Source: Blasia pusilla
Taxonomy: Eukaryota
NCBI GenBank assembly: GCA_050084515.1
Contig: CM114271.1
Span: 25,358,001-25,422,000 of the forward strand
Direction of reading: 5' to 3'
Length of the DNA: 64,000 nucleotides
In this document: one piece after another, positions 15,301 to 26,880 of the stretch
Layout: every line of letters starts with the position of its first letter
Numbering within the stretch: position 1 is the first letter of the stretch
The notes under the pieces: model-generated
Database searches by the model: none
The model's input: only the letters and a program-made list of their open reading frames with translations
What the model was told of the DNA's origin: nothing
Position numbers and translations under genes: made by a program

Positions 15301-15919
15301 TATCGATATGACAAGATGGGAAGGTAAGTGCTCCCAATTTTGGGCGCTTTCATGATTTTTTTAATCCAAAATTTGTTTGTTGGATATTGAACTTAGCAAT
15401 AAGAAGCCTCTTCTTGAATTTCAGTTTGAACTGCGACTATAAAATGCTCGTTTTCCAAGTTTTTAATGTTGGAAAGGGCACACAATGCAACAACACCTCA
15501 AATACAGTAATACAACCAATAGCATTGTATGAGAAATTACAATGCTACTATGCTTACTAGTGGCATATAAGCAGCAAACATCAAAGCCCTATTTTTTGGA
15601 CAAAACTCTCATCAAAACTCTTATAAAAAAGATAGGAATCAAAGAGTATTACAGGAGAAATAAAAAATTCAACACCTTGAAAGAAAAATATTCATCCTAG
15701 ACTAATGCATTGCCCCTCACCAAGGAGGAATTATCATACAATATAAAATACTATTCAACCTATGGAATTGAACCGCAACCAGAGAATTAAGCAATTGGAC
15801 GATATATAATCAATTAAGAAAATAAAACATCTTATCTGAAATGTGTTTTGATAGTGTTGTCTCAACCAGACATAGGGAAGTATTATGCCTTTTGAAATCT
15901 TCCACACGAACTAGCATTG

Positions 15920-16561
15920 TATTGTGCGCATACACATTGCTATACAACATACATCGCTGTCACCGAACATACACACAAACATACATGATCCCATGCTAAC
16001 TCATGGCATCCACATAACAAGACGAGAAATACCAAAATATCTCCAATCTCACATTGGAAATCAATCAAATCTCTCTACATCTCACACCAAGGTCTCCACG
16101 ATGTGCACTCTCTCTCATGTCAAACCAAACCCATTCTCCTAATGAGAGGCTTGGATTACACACACAAGGCAAAGAGGACCATAGCTTCGCTACCTCATGC
16201 CAAGAGGTTCAACAAAGAGAGAACGAGCTCTCAAGCTTTCTCTCTTGGAGGTATACCCCTTCCCTCTCCCAAGCCCTCTCCTCGGTACCTATGCTCGCAG
16301 GTCACCTCCTTGGATCTTGACTTGCTGTAGCGGGTCAAAGGTTACTTCCAAAAGTGGAAAGTTGACTCTATCATAAACAACCACTTACCCGAAATATTAA
16401 GTTCTTCAATATGGCTGTAAGTGAGCCAAAACAAAGGGGAAACCTGCTCTCGTAAGTTATCCATGGCCTCATCAGGTGATCCTCAACTCCCTAAGGCTGT
16501 CCACCAGTACCTCCTAAGGTGAGCTACTAGATCTCCCCGATCTATCCTAAAAGACGTGACA
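15920..16561 (-). mobile_element. Solo terminal repeat (A+B) of gypsy family 1
   Basis: Reverse complement starts TGTCACGTCTTTTAGGATAG and ends GTGTATGCGCACAATA. Colinear with 24527-25150 and 35467-36102. Flanks ATTG/AGTG (possible 4-bp TSD, 1 mismatch). Confidence 0.85.
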
Positions 16562-17901
16562 AGTGTGTGGCAGAAAGGGAAATACTCTAATGAATCTTTC
16601 TCATGTGTATTTTTGGCCAAAGCATGCTTGAGCCAAGTGCATCACGAAAAGTCTCTTGCGTAGGTTCATTAACCAAATTTGGCATCCATAGAGCATGTTC
16701 AGGATCAAACACTTTGTCACGATTGTTAGGATAGATCAGCAAGATCTAGTAGAGCGCCTTCGGAGATACTAGAGGACAGCCTTAGAAGGTCGAGGATGAC
16801 TTGCTAAGGCCCCGGATAACATGAGAGAAAAAGTTTCCCCTTCGTTTCCGCTCATTTGGAGCCATATAGAGAAACTTACTATTTTGGGTAAGTTTCTATT
16901 TGGAGTGTAGTTGGCTTTCCACTTTGGGAAATGGCCCTTGACCCGCTATACCATGTCAAGATCCAAGGAGATGACTAGTGAGCTCAGGTTATCGTGGAGA
17001 AGACTTGGGAGAGGGAAGGGGATATACCTTCAAGAAAGAGAGCTTAAGAGCTCATTCTCTCTTTGTTGAACCTCTTGGCACGAGGCGGCGGAGCTATGGT
17101 CCCTTGCCTTGTGAGTGTAATCCAAGCCTCTTATTAGGAGGGTGGGTTTGGTTTGACATTGAGAGAGACATGTGAGAGCGCATACATGTGAGAGCTATGG
17201 TGTTGTGAGAGAGATTTGACCTTATTCTACAAAGAGAGAATGAGAGGGTAAGAGCTTCAATGGAGGAGCTTGCTGGTTACTCGCTGTTGGTGCAGGTTTC
17301 GTACCGTATTTCCTATTCAACGGCTCATGGGAGTGCTCACCGGATTAAGCGCTACTTGTTTTACTTTTTTTTGTTGTTAATTTTTTTGTGTGGAAGAGTG
17401 GCGCGCGGATCGGAAGCACTACCCAAATTTCCTTAGAGATGAAGTTTGGGGGCGGATTTCCCCATTCCAGTGCTCTCAAGAGCACCAAGTAGCTTGTTGG
17501 TTTTGATTTTACAGGTCTGAAGTTTTGTGTGGAAGAAATTAGCGCGGAAGCGCTGCCGATTTTGTCCTAGGAGTGCAGATTTGAAGGGCTGCAAGACTGT
17601 TCCTGTCAGTTGTTTTGGGAAAGTTAAATGAAAGAAAAAATTGAACCTTGTCATAGATCTCAAAGCTCTACACGTTGTGTAAGAAACGGTACGCAATTTT
17701 GAGTTGAGAGAAAAACATTATGATCAATCTTACAAAACTGCCATTGCTAGGTGATTTTTAGGGTAAAATTGTTCAAACCCTAAACTAACCGCCGTTTCCG
17801 TCATAGTCACCGTCAACGCTCCTCAGTTAACAATCAACCTTCAGAGTCGACGGTCTGCCATTAACGGTTCACTGTCATCATCCATTGTCCACCGTCAACG
17901 A

Positions 17902-19146
17902 TGTCGCATAGTAAATCAGCCAGTGTGTAAACTCCTTCCTCATTAAGTGTTAGATAGAGTTTTATTAGTATTATGTAAATTAACCTAGGAAAAGGAAATT
18001 CCCATGTTTAAATCTTTTTATGGTGCCTATTTTATGCGAGCCCAATTTTAGGAAAAGAGGTAATAAATAAAAGATGAATTTATAAAAGCAAAAGTAGTCT
18101 TGGTTGGTGGCTAGGTTAGTTGGGGTAATTTGGAAAATATCAAGTGGGTAAAAGAGGATATTTTAGAAGAGATAAGAAGAAATTTACTTGTGTAAAAATA
18201 TGATTGGCTAAGCCTTCAGAGGTAGCCATGTGGCTCAACATAAGATTAGCTCTATTTCGTACTCTTATGAATCCCTTGTGAATAAATAAAAAGGAGGGAC
18301 CTTCAAGGGTTCATCACCTTCTATTTCACATATTGAGTTTCTTTTGTCACTCTTGAGTGTATGGCTTTGGGATTGCTTGCTTTTCCAATTTGAGTGGATC
18401 ATCCCTCTTGGGAGAGTAACTTAACCATGATCTATTCTTCGAGAGGTTTCTAGAGTGTGGTGTGTGTGTGGAGATGAGAGGCTTGTCACATTAGAGGAGT
18501 TTAGTCATATTAAAATAGTGAATGTTTTGGCCTGTTATTTTCCCAATGAGAGCGGATGACCCTTCTTGGGAGAAGAATTCCGCCAAAGCCCATTCTTGAG
18601 GAGAGTAGAGAATGTCTATCAAGCATGGATAGGGATGGAGTACGAGTTGTGCCCGAATTTCCTTTCCTCAATCCTTACCATATCAAGGTACTATTTGTAG
18701 ATAGGCACTAATTCACTCGTTATTTAGTTTAACACTTTGGCGAGGCGTTCATGAACTAGGTCATGCAATCTCCAACTCCGGTGATTCTTCCTATCGTCAC
18801 ATGTGGAAGGACATGGGATTGTACTTTGTATGTCCTTGTATAGCGATCCATGGACGTCAACAGGCCTACACAAGTAGGGTTTAACATTAGTTGTGCTATC
18901 TTCCTCGTGTACAAGCGTAAAGTAGTTTATAGGGATTTAATAGTTAAGAATTTTGGGGTCCGATGTTGCGAAGAAGTGATCGCCTTGACACTTCCATTTG
19001 TGATACTTATCATGAGAGAATGGAGAGTATACATAATAATTTTGTATTGAAAAAGGAGAACTTCTTAGAGAGTTCACCTTGCATCGATCACGTCTGCCGC
19101 AGCTAGAAGGTCCGCCCTTACTTGAAGAAAGGCTCTCAACATGACA
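17902..19146. mobile_element. 1245-bp solo LTR-like insertion of a third family inside the 5' UTR of element 1
   Basis: Termini TGTCG...TGACA, flanked by ACGA (17898-17901) and ATGA (19147-19150), a 4-bp TSD with CpG decay. Removing it restores colinearity with the element 2 UTR near 53430-53520. Confidence 0.8.
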
Positions 19147-20181
19147 ATGATCCACGGTGGACCGTCCGACATTGCTGCCGCCTAGCGCCATTGAGAGCCG
19201 CCTTCGGCCGTTGGTTGCCATTTCCTCCATTACGAAGCCACGACAACCGTTGATTCTCTGACTTGATCCACCACCATGTATTTTATTGTGGCCATTGCCG
19301 TCATCACAATTTTTTCATCAACCATTGATGGTAGGTGACCTCGGTTTGATGGTGTTTGAGTTTTCATTTCATTTTGCTATGTTGTGATTGGTAGCCGCTT
19401 GACGATGATCGAGCAATGTGCGGTGTTGCTTGTGGCCGCACCGTACCGTCTCGATCGCAGAGCCGCTCCTTCACTAAGGTATAGAGCATATGTATTGTTG
19501 ATGGAGGAAGGTATGCCGTGGAGTGCCGGATCTCATTATCGAGTGCCGTGCCATTTTATAGTTATTCCGTGCCGCACCGTATCGTTGGATCCGCACCGTA
19601 TAATGAGGAGCTTTAAGCATCGTCACCACTAGAGGGGTACGACTTTCTGATTGGAGGATTTTATCGTCACGACCGAGTTGGGATTAAGGTTTGCAGTTGC
19701 TAAGAAGCGATTGATATTTGTTCACATTACCCATTTTGGTCTTTTGCGAGTACGTGTTAGGGAATTCCACGTATTGGTAGTTATTTGGGATATTGGATTT
19801 CGTGCAGATGCTGAGAGCATCATTGATGTATGGGTTTAGAGGACATAGACCTATGTGGGGTGTCTAGAGTTGAGGGTGTGTGTTATTCATGAGATGATAG
19901 GATAGTAGTTGATTTGCCGCACCACGCCGCTTGTTGTCGCACAACACACTTCTCAGTGAGAGAGAGAGTGTAGATTGAGTGCCGCATGTTAGTTTGAGTG
20001 ATTGAATGATTACTTGTAAGGTTGAGAGTGATTGCGTCAGAGGGGTATGAGGATCATCATGGCATCATTTTGGGACTTTGAGAGGTGAGGTGGTGGACCC
20101 GAGAGTAGCTCTAGAGATTTTATGCGGAGTGGCGCAAGGTTTTGAGGGTCTTCACGTGAGGGAGTGACTTGACCTCCTTTT

Positions 20182-21706
20182 ATGTCATCTTCAGATGTGG
20201 GGGAGAGTGTAGAACAGTGTGTTAGTGCATCACTGCACACAGTTAGTGGTCCTACCCCTTGGGAGTACGAGATGGACGACCGGGGTAGAGGAGAACGTAG
20301 GTTTTTGGGTGCTATAGGCACTATAGAGTTACAAGACTTCATTTGCGGAGTTTATGAGTTGGTGTGACTCACAATGGGCTAGGAACTCTAGAGAGTTTAA
20401 CCCATTTACATCATGGAAAGATATGTTCTTGCACCTAGAGAGGGCATCCATGGACGATTACCATGAGTTCTACCACATATATGCCAAGGAGATTGAGGCA
20501 TGGCGACTCTACTATGACCCACACTATGTGTCATGGACGAAGCCGTTCCTAGATGAGGAGGAGTCAAAAGAGGCTACTTCCTCTTCCGCCAGTAATATGT
20601 TAGGAGGTATAACTCGCACTGGAGCAGTTGCATCGTCCAGTCAGGTCTATCCCATGTTCAACCCTGTGGTTGAGTTCTTTGCATAGATGAGGACGAGCTA
20701 CTAGGAGGTACGGACGGAGAAGTTTCGGAGCATCCACGACTTCCAGAGGCGCCCGGGTGAGAGTTTGCGGGAGGCCTAAATTCGCTTACGTAGGTTGATT
20801 AACGTCACTTAGGGGTGACAAAGGCCCAGGCTATCCAGTCATGGTACGCGATGCTGGACCAAACCTACGGACACGGGTGCGGGAGGGGGTGCTTCTTATG
20901 AACACCTCACCCATGTTGAGAGATGTTTTTAGGACCATCGAGAACATTGAAGGCAACATGGCGGAGGAGAGTGTAGCCACCATGAGTTCTAGGCAAGAGA
21001 AACCACGAGTATCTGCACCACCAATACAACAACGTGGATTTCGAGAGAGGACTGTGGCACCACGAGCATATGGAGGTTATCGAGAGCCTGTGCCACAGAG
21101 ACCTGCTCCATCATATGCGGCGCAGCAGCCGCCACATATTATTTGTTGGGCATGCGGTGGAGCTCATCAGCGGCACGATTGCACGCGTCAAGGTTATAAA
21201 CACGTGCCTCAGTATGGAGGAGGAGATGGTGCTGCACCAAGAGGTTATCAATGTGACTATTTTCAGAGGTATGGTCACACACACGCTAGATATTTCAGCT
21301 TACACCTTGAGTTACGTCTGGACCAAGGGCCAGAGAAGGCACGAGAGCAAGTAGCTAGTCCGGGTGGACCTAGAGGTCATGCATTAGGTGGTCCCGTTGG
21401 GGGACAAGGAGCTGGAGTTGCCCGAGGGGGTGGTGGAGTTGCCCGTGGAGGAGATAGAGTTCCACCACCTAGACCCGTCTAGGGGAGACACCGGGCATGA
21501 GGTTGGGGATGGCTGTTCAGATACAGCAGCTACAACAACAGATTGCCACTATGGCATTGAGGTTACTCGATGCCGGATCGATGGCATTGACGTCATATGG
21601 AGCAGCCAGAGATATGGAGGATCTTGGTTGGATGTTTGTGGTTGCCCTGATAGAGCCTGCCGCAATTATTACACGTGGAGCAGCCGTAGAGTTGGATCCA
21701 CAATGA
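20182..21706 (+). pseudogene. Degenerate gag of element 1
   Basis: ORF fragments FLGAIGTIELQDF / SWCDSQ...MDDYHEF and zinc knuckle CWACGGAHQRHDC plus a second decayed knuckle. Homologous to 50929-52539 and 45283-46519. Confidence 0.75.
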
Positions 21707-22138
21707 GGGGAAGCGAGACAAAAAACCATGCTTCCTCAGTCTTTCATGTTGTCTAAGGCGATGAGGACCCCATCGATGGGTCATGATCTGAGTTCCCGAA
21801 GAGTTGGTGATATTGTTGGTGTGCAAGCACAGAGGGCGATGGGAGAGGCGAGTGCGACGACTTCTATTGCTGATGCTTAGGAGGAGCATGTGTTGAGCAC
21901 GTTGTTTGGGGCAGCCAATGTTGTGTACCGCGCTCCTTTATTTTTTTGCTTCCGATGTTATGATGTTGGGAGGTACGCCCACCAAGAATTTCCAGCTGGC
22001 CGCTACGCTATATGAGCGTGGAGTTGGTGTTCCTGCGTCAGACTCACGGGTGATTGTAAAGGAGGTGATGGACTTGCCCTTGGAGCCTATGCTCGGGCCG
22101 TCCACGTCAGATTCATGGTAGGCTGGGGCTACTAGGAT

Positions 22139-22700
22139 GGCAGAGATGCCCGCTAGACCCGTGATAGAGTGTGCCATGGCTTCTCCTGGTGTTGTATTGC
22201 TGGATAACCGGGGAGAGGTATTCCAGTTGTTGATTCCAAGAGATAGAGTTCTTAGACCACAACGCGTCTTGTTGGATTCAGGAGCGCAACCCTAATGCTG
22301 GGGAAAGAGGCATTCATAGGATAGGGCTTGACGAGAGCCGATGTGGAGCATTGTCCACTCCGGGTACAGACATCCTTGGGTGGAGCAAATACCACAAAGT
22401 GTATCACCCGATAGGAAGTTGTGGTGAGGATTCGTCCGGGACATCCTACAGATGAGTCCGTGGTGCAAGCCAAGGCGATAGTGACCGATGTAGAGTCCTA
22501 CGACGTCTTGGTTGGTGGAGCACTATTGTACCCGATGAGGTTTTCTCTAGATTAATAGGAGGAGTCAACATCCTACAAACCAAGATGGCAGTCAAGTGAT
22601 GGGCGCCTTAGCTCATTCCTCGTTTGATTCATCGGTGGAGTGATCAAGCGACGGCCAGGAGAGATTGCGACCTAAGCAGCATTTAGCAACGCCATCATTC
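22139..22700 (+). pseudogene. Degenerate retropepsin (aspartic protease) of element 1
   Basis: RVLLDSGAQP motif at ~22262-22292, matching VLLDSGAQPLML in elements 2 and 3. Confidence 0.75.
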
Positions 22701-22818
22701 GGCCTAGTGATTTGATTGAGGGACATGTCCATGGAGAGGACACTCCCATTCTTGACATTTCTAAGAAGAGGAGTGTCATGGTAGCCGCATCAGTCCGTGG
22801 AGGAGAGGTGGCACCGTT

Positions 22819-24211
22819 GCGAGCACCGTGGGTGCTAGAGAGCGGGATCGGATCGCTACAGCGGGCCAGACGGTTCCGTTGGGAGGGGACACATGTTTTG
22901 AGGGTTTGGGAGGATGGCAGAGTACGCGTAGTGCCACATCCTTTGCAGAGAGCACGACTAGTGCAGCATGCCCACGAGGAGTTGGGTCACTTTGGGGTGA
23001 AGCGGAGATACAGCTTGCTCCAAATTCAGTATTGGTGGCGAGGCATGCAGACTGACATTCAGGAGTTTGTTGCTAGGTGCATGGTGTATGATCGGGTCTG
23101 AGCATCGTTCAATGCTCCGACTCCACAGTTGCATCCATTATCGATCATGGGCTTAGTGTATAGATGGAGTTTGGATTTTGCACGACCTTTGCCTTTGACG
23201 GAGCGTCATAGTCGTTATGTGTTGGTGATGGTCGACCACTTCTCAAAGTGGATCGAGTTGGTTTCATTGCCTGACAAACCGAGTGAGGGAGTAGCTTATG
23301 CCTTCCTTGACAGAGTGCTGAGTCATTACGGTGCACCGGCTGAGGTGTTGACATACCGGGGTACCGAGTTTTGCGGTGAGTTCCAGGCCTTGTGTGATCA
23401 GACACTGATCGATCATCGCACGACTTTGCGAGATCATCCCGAGGCGGATGGATTAGCGGAGAGAGTTGTGCAGACCGTGAAGAGGGGTTTACGCAAGTAT
23501 GGCTTGCAGAGAGTTCACCTAGGAGATTGGGACCTCCAATTGCCCTGGTCGGCGATGGGATACAGATTCAACAGGCAGACATCCTTAGCATCTTTTTCAT
23601 CGTACTTGCTATTTTATGGCCGAGAGCGAGATTTACCTGCGGCCATTCGTCGAGATGCTAGTGAGGTGTTGGACCTTGATGATCCAGATGTATGGATGTG
23701 AGCATGTTCTCAGAGGGCTGAGTTGTTTCGGAGAGTGATGCCCATGGCGTTCGAGAACTTGGCGATTGCACAACATCGGGATACTTTGAGGTATGCGACT
23801 ATTTGGGGTGGTGGTTATCGATCAACTATCGGGAGATTTCATCAAGGAGATTATGTCTACTTGCAGCAGATTGCACCGACGACGTTGGATGGGACTGCAG
23901 GGCGCACTATCCTGAGAGTGCGTGACATTTTTCCGTCCTGTGTTCTCTTGCTGGAGAGACGCGATGGTATGGTATGGAAGGACAATGTGCGTAGTTGTGC
24001 GCCATATCACCTTCCTAACATTGATGGTACAATAGATTCGAGCTCAGCAGTAGTTCCTGCAGGCTTGCGTTGTATGTTGTGTGGTTCTGCCCGTGGTGCG
24101 GCCACGATGCTAGTCTGTGATGTATGTTCGAGAGGTTGGCATATGGCATGTCTGACGCCACCTCTCACTAGGGTTTCTCAGGGACGATGGATGTGTCCCA
24201 GATGTACATAG
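22819..24211 (+). pseudogene. Integrase with C-terminal PHD finger (element 1), interrupted by stops
   Basis: HHCC region (HEELGHFG...CMVYDR), DDE core (WSLDF...VMVDHFSKW...ADGLAERVVQTVK) and C-terminal CMLC...LVCDVCSRGWHMACLTPPL...WMCPRC (C4HC3). Confidence 0.92.
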
Positions 24212-25150
24212 AGGAGATACTAGGTAGGTTTGGATTCCGACTTTTTCTGTGACATGGATGACAGGAAGGCAACTAACGATGGCCCCACATGAGCACCCGA
24301 CCTTGTTTCTCTTAGCGTCCTAGAGATGTATGTCGTGGTAGGTAGAGATAGATGGCTATTTGGAGTTAGAGGGACTTAACCACTAGCTAGGGGGGCGATT
24401 GGAGATATTTGGCACTTCTCGCCTCTGTGTTTGGATGCCATGAGTTAGCATGGGATCGTGCATGTTTGTGTGTGTGTTCGGTGACAACGATGTCTGTTGT
24501 GTAGCGATGTGTATACGCACGACAACTGTCACATCTTTTAGGATAGTTCGGTGAGATCTAGTAGAGCGCCTTCGTGAGTAGTGGAGGATAGGCTCTGTAG
24601 GTTGAGGATGACCTGCTGAGGCCTCGGGAAACCTGAGAGAGCAGGTTTCCTCTTCGTTTCGGCTCATTTGGAGCCATATTGAGGAACTTACTATTTTAGG
24701 TAAGTACCATTTTGAGTATATGATTGACTTTCTATTTTTGGTAATTGGCCCTTGACCTCCTACATCAGGTCAAGAGCCAAGGAGGTGACTTGGGAGAATA
24801 GGTCACCATGGAGAGAGCTTGGGTGAGGGGAGGGGTATACCTCAAGGAGAGAGAGCTTGAGAGTTCATTCTCTCTTTGTTGAACCTCTTGGCATGAGGCG
24901 GCGGAGCTATGGTCCCTTGCCTTGTGAGTGTAACCCATGCCTCTCATTAGGAGAGTGGGTTTGGTTTGACATGAGAGAGAGTGCATACCTTTGAGAGCTA
25001 TGGTGGGAGATGGTGTAGAGAGAGATTGGATCTTACTTTATTGGAGATATTTTGGTACTTCTCGCCTTTGAGTTTGGATGCAATGAGTAAGCATGGGATT
25101 GTGCGTGTTTGTGTGTGTGTTCGATGATAGCGATGTGTATGCGCACGACA

Positions 25151-26880
25151 GATCAAACCTTCTATCAAAATAAGGATTTTTCCTTTTCCATCTTGTCCAA
25201 ATTTCTCATCTTGAGCTCAAATTAGGCTAACATGATCCCCAAGGTTCATGTTCTATGCTCGCCAAGTTTCAAGCAAAATGGAGTTGTGAGCAAAACCTCA
25301 CAAATTAATAAGTCCTTTTTTGACTCGGACCATTAGACCTTTTATCAAAATAAGGTTTTTTCATTCTTCATCTTGTCTTACTTTCCTATCTTGAGCTGAA
25401 ACTTGGCCCATATAGTCCTCAAGGTGCATGTTCCACTCTTGCCAAGTTTCAAGCAAAATGGAGTTGTGAGCAGACTCTTACAAATTAATAATTCCTTTTT
25501 GGACCCGAACCATCAAACCTTGAATAAAAAGAAGGTCTTTTCATTTTTCCTCTTGTCCAACTTTCCCATCTTAAGCTGAAATTTGGCCCAAATTGTCCCC
25601 AAGATGCATGTTCTACTCTTGCCAAGTTTGAAGCAAAATGGAGTTTTGAGAAAAACCTCACAAATTATTAACTTCTTTTTTTACCCTAACCATCAAACCT
25701 TGAATGAAAAGAAAGTCTTTTCATTTTCATCTTGTCCAAATTTCCCATCTTGAACTGAAATTCTGCACACATGGTTGCCAAGATGCATGTTTAACTCGTG
25801 CCAAGTTTCAAGTAAAATGGAGTTATGAGCAAAACCTCAAAAAGTAATATCTCCTTTTGTGACCCGAACCATTTCATTTTTCATGAAATGCAAAAGGATT
25901 TTTCATTTTTCATCTTGTCCCATTTTCCCATCTTGAGCTGAACTTATGCTCAGAGGGTCTCCAAGGTGCATCTAACCCTCTTGCCAAGTTTCAAGCAAAA
26001 TGGAGTTGGGACCACAAGCTTAAAAATTGGTAAGTCCTTTTTTGACCTCAACCATCACACCTTCTATCAAATTAAGGTTTTTTCATTTTTCATCTTGTCC
26101 CATTTTCCCATCTTGAGCTCAAAGTTGGCCTACATTTTCCCCAAGATGTATGTTCCACTCTTGCCAAGTTTCAAGAAAAATGGAGTTGTGAGAAAAACCT
26201 CACAAATTAATAACTCCTTTTTGGACCCAAACGATGAGACCTTCTATAGAAACAAGGATTTTTCATTTTTCATCTTTTCCAAATTTCAGATCTTGAGCTA
26301 AAATTTTACCACGTGGTCTCCGAGCTGCATCTAACATTATTTCTAAGTTTAAAGAAAAATAGAGTTGGGAGCAAAACCTTTAAAAAAAATGTCCGTTTTA
26401 GACCCAAACCATCAAACCTTGAATGAAAATAGGATTTTTTCATTTTTCATCTTGTCAAAATTTCCCATCTTGAGCAGAAATTTGGCCCACATGATTCCCA
26501 AGGTGCATGTCACACTCTTTCTAGCTTTCAAGAAAAATGGAGTTCATAAATTAATAACTCCCTTTTGGACCCGAACCATTAAACCTTGAATGAAAAGAAG
26601 GTGTTTTCATTTTTCATGTTGTCCAAATTTACCATCTTGAGCTGAAATTTGGCCCACATGGTCTTCAAGATGTATCTAGTTGTGTCGCCAAGTTTCACCC
26701 AAAATGGAGTTGTGACAAAAAACTCAAAAATAGGTAAGTACATTTTGGCCTCAAACCATTAAACCTTCAATGAAAAGAAGGTTTTTTTATTTTCATCATG
26801 TCCAAATTTCCCAAGTTGTTTATTTAGCACTCTTGCAAAGTTTTGAGCAAAATGGAGTTATGACCACGAGCTCAAAAAGA
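25151..26880. repeat. Tandem array of ~180-bp monomers (~9.5 copies)
   Basis: Motifs TTTCCCATCTTGAGCTGAAA...GCCAAGTTTCAAGCAAAATGGAGTTG...GACCCGAACCATCAAACCTT recur at ~25201, 25381, 25561, 25740, 25921, 26101, 26281, 26460, 26628 and 26805. Confidence 0.95.

Larger units (their letters stand above)
16715..25150 (+). mobile_element. Ty3/gypsy element 1 (family 1), internally deleted: gag-PR-[DNMT/RT/RH deleted]-IN-PHD; termini A...PPT-B-A-B
   Basis: A1 16715-17229 (TGTCAC...), PPT AGGGGGGCG 24389-24397, B1 24398-24524, AC spacer, A2 24527-25040, B2 25040-25150 (...GCACGACA). Internal region is colinear with element 2. No TSD seen and A1/A2 are visibly divergent, so it may be a chimera. Confidence 0.88.

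Noticed and set aside
16703-16714. GATCAAAC(A)CTT on both sides of element 1 as a long TSD
   Set aside because: The right-hand copy is part of the 180-bp monomer, and the length conflicts with the 4-bp TSDs seen elsewhere. Treated as probable coincidence.
25151-26880. CRISPR array, or the protein-coding ORFs at 25966-26589
   Set aside because: Whole monomers are repeated with no unique spacers, there are no cas genes and the context is eukaryotic. The ORFs are by-products of the repeat.
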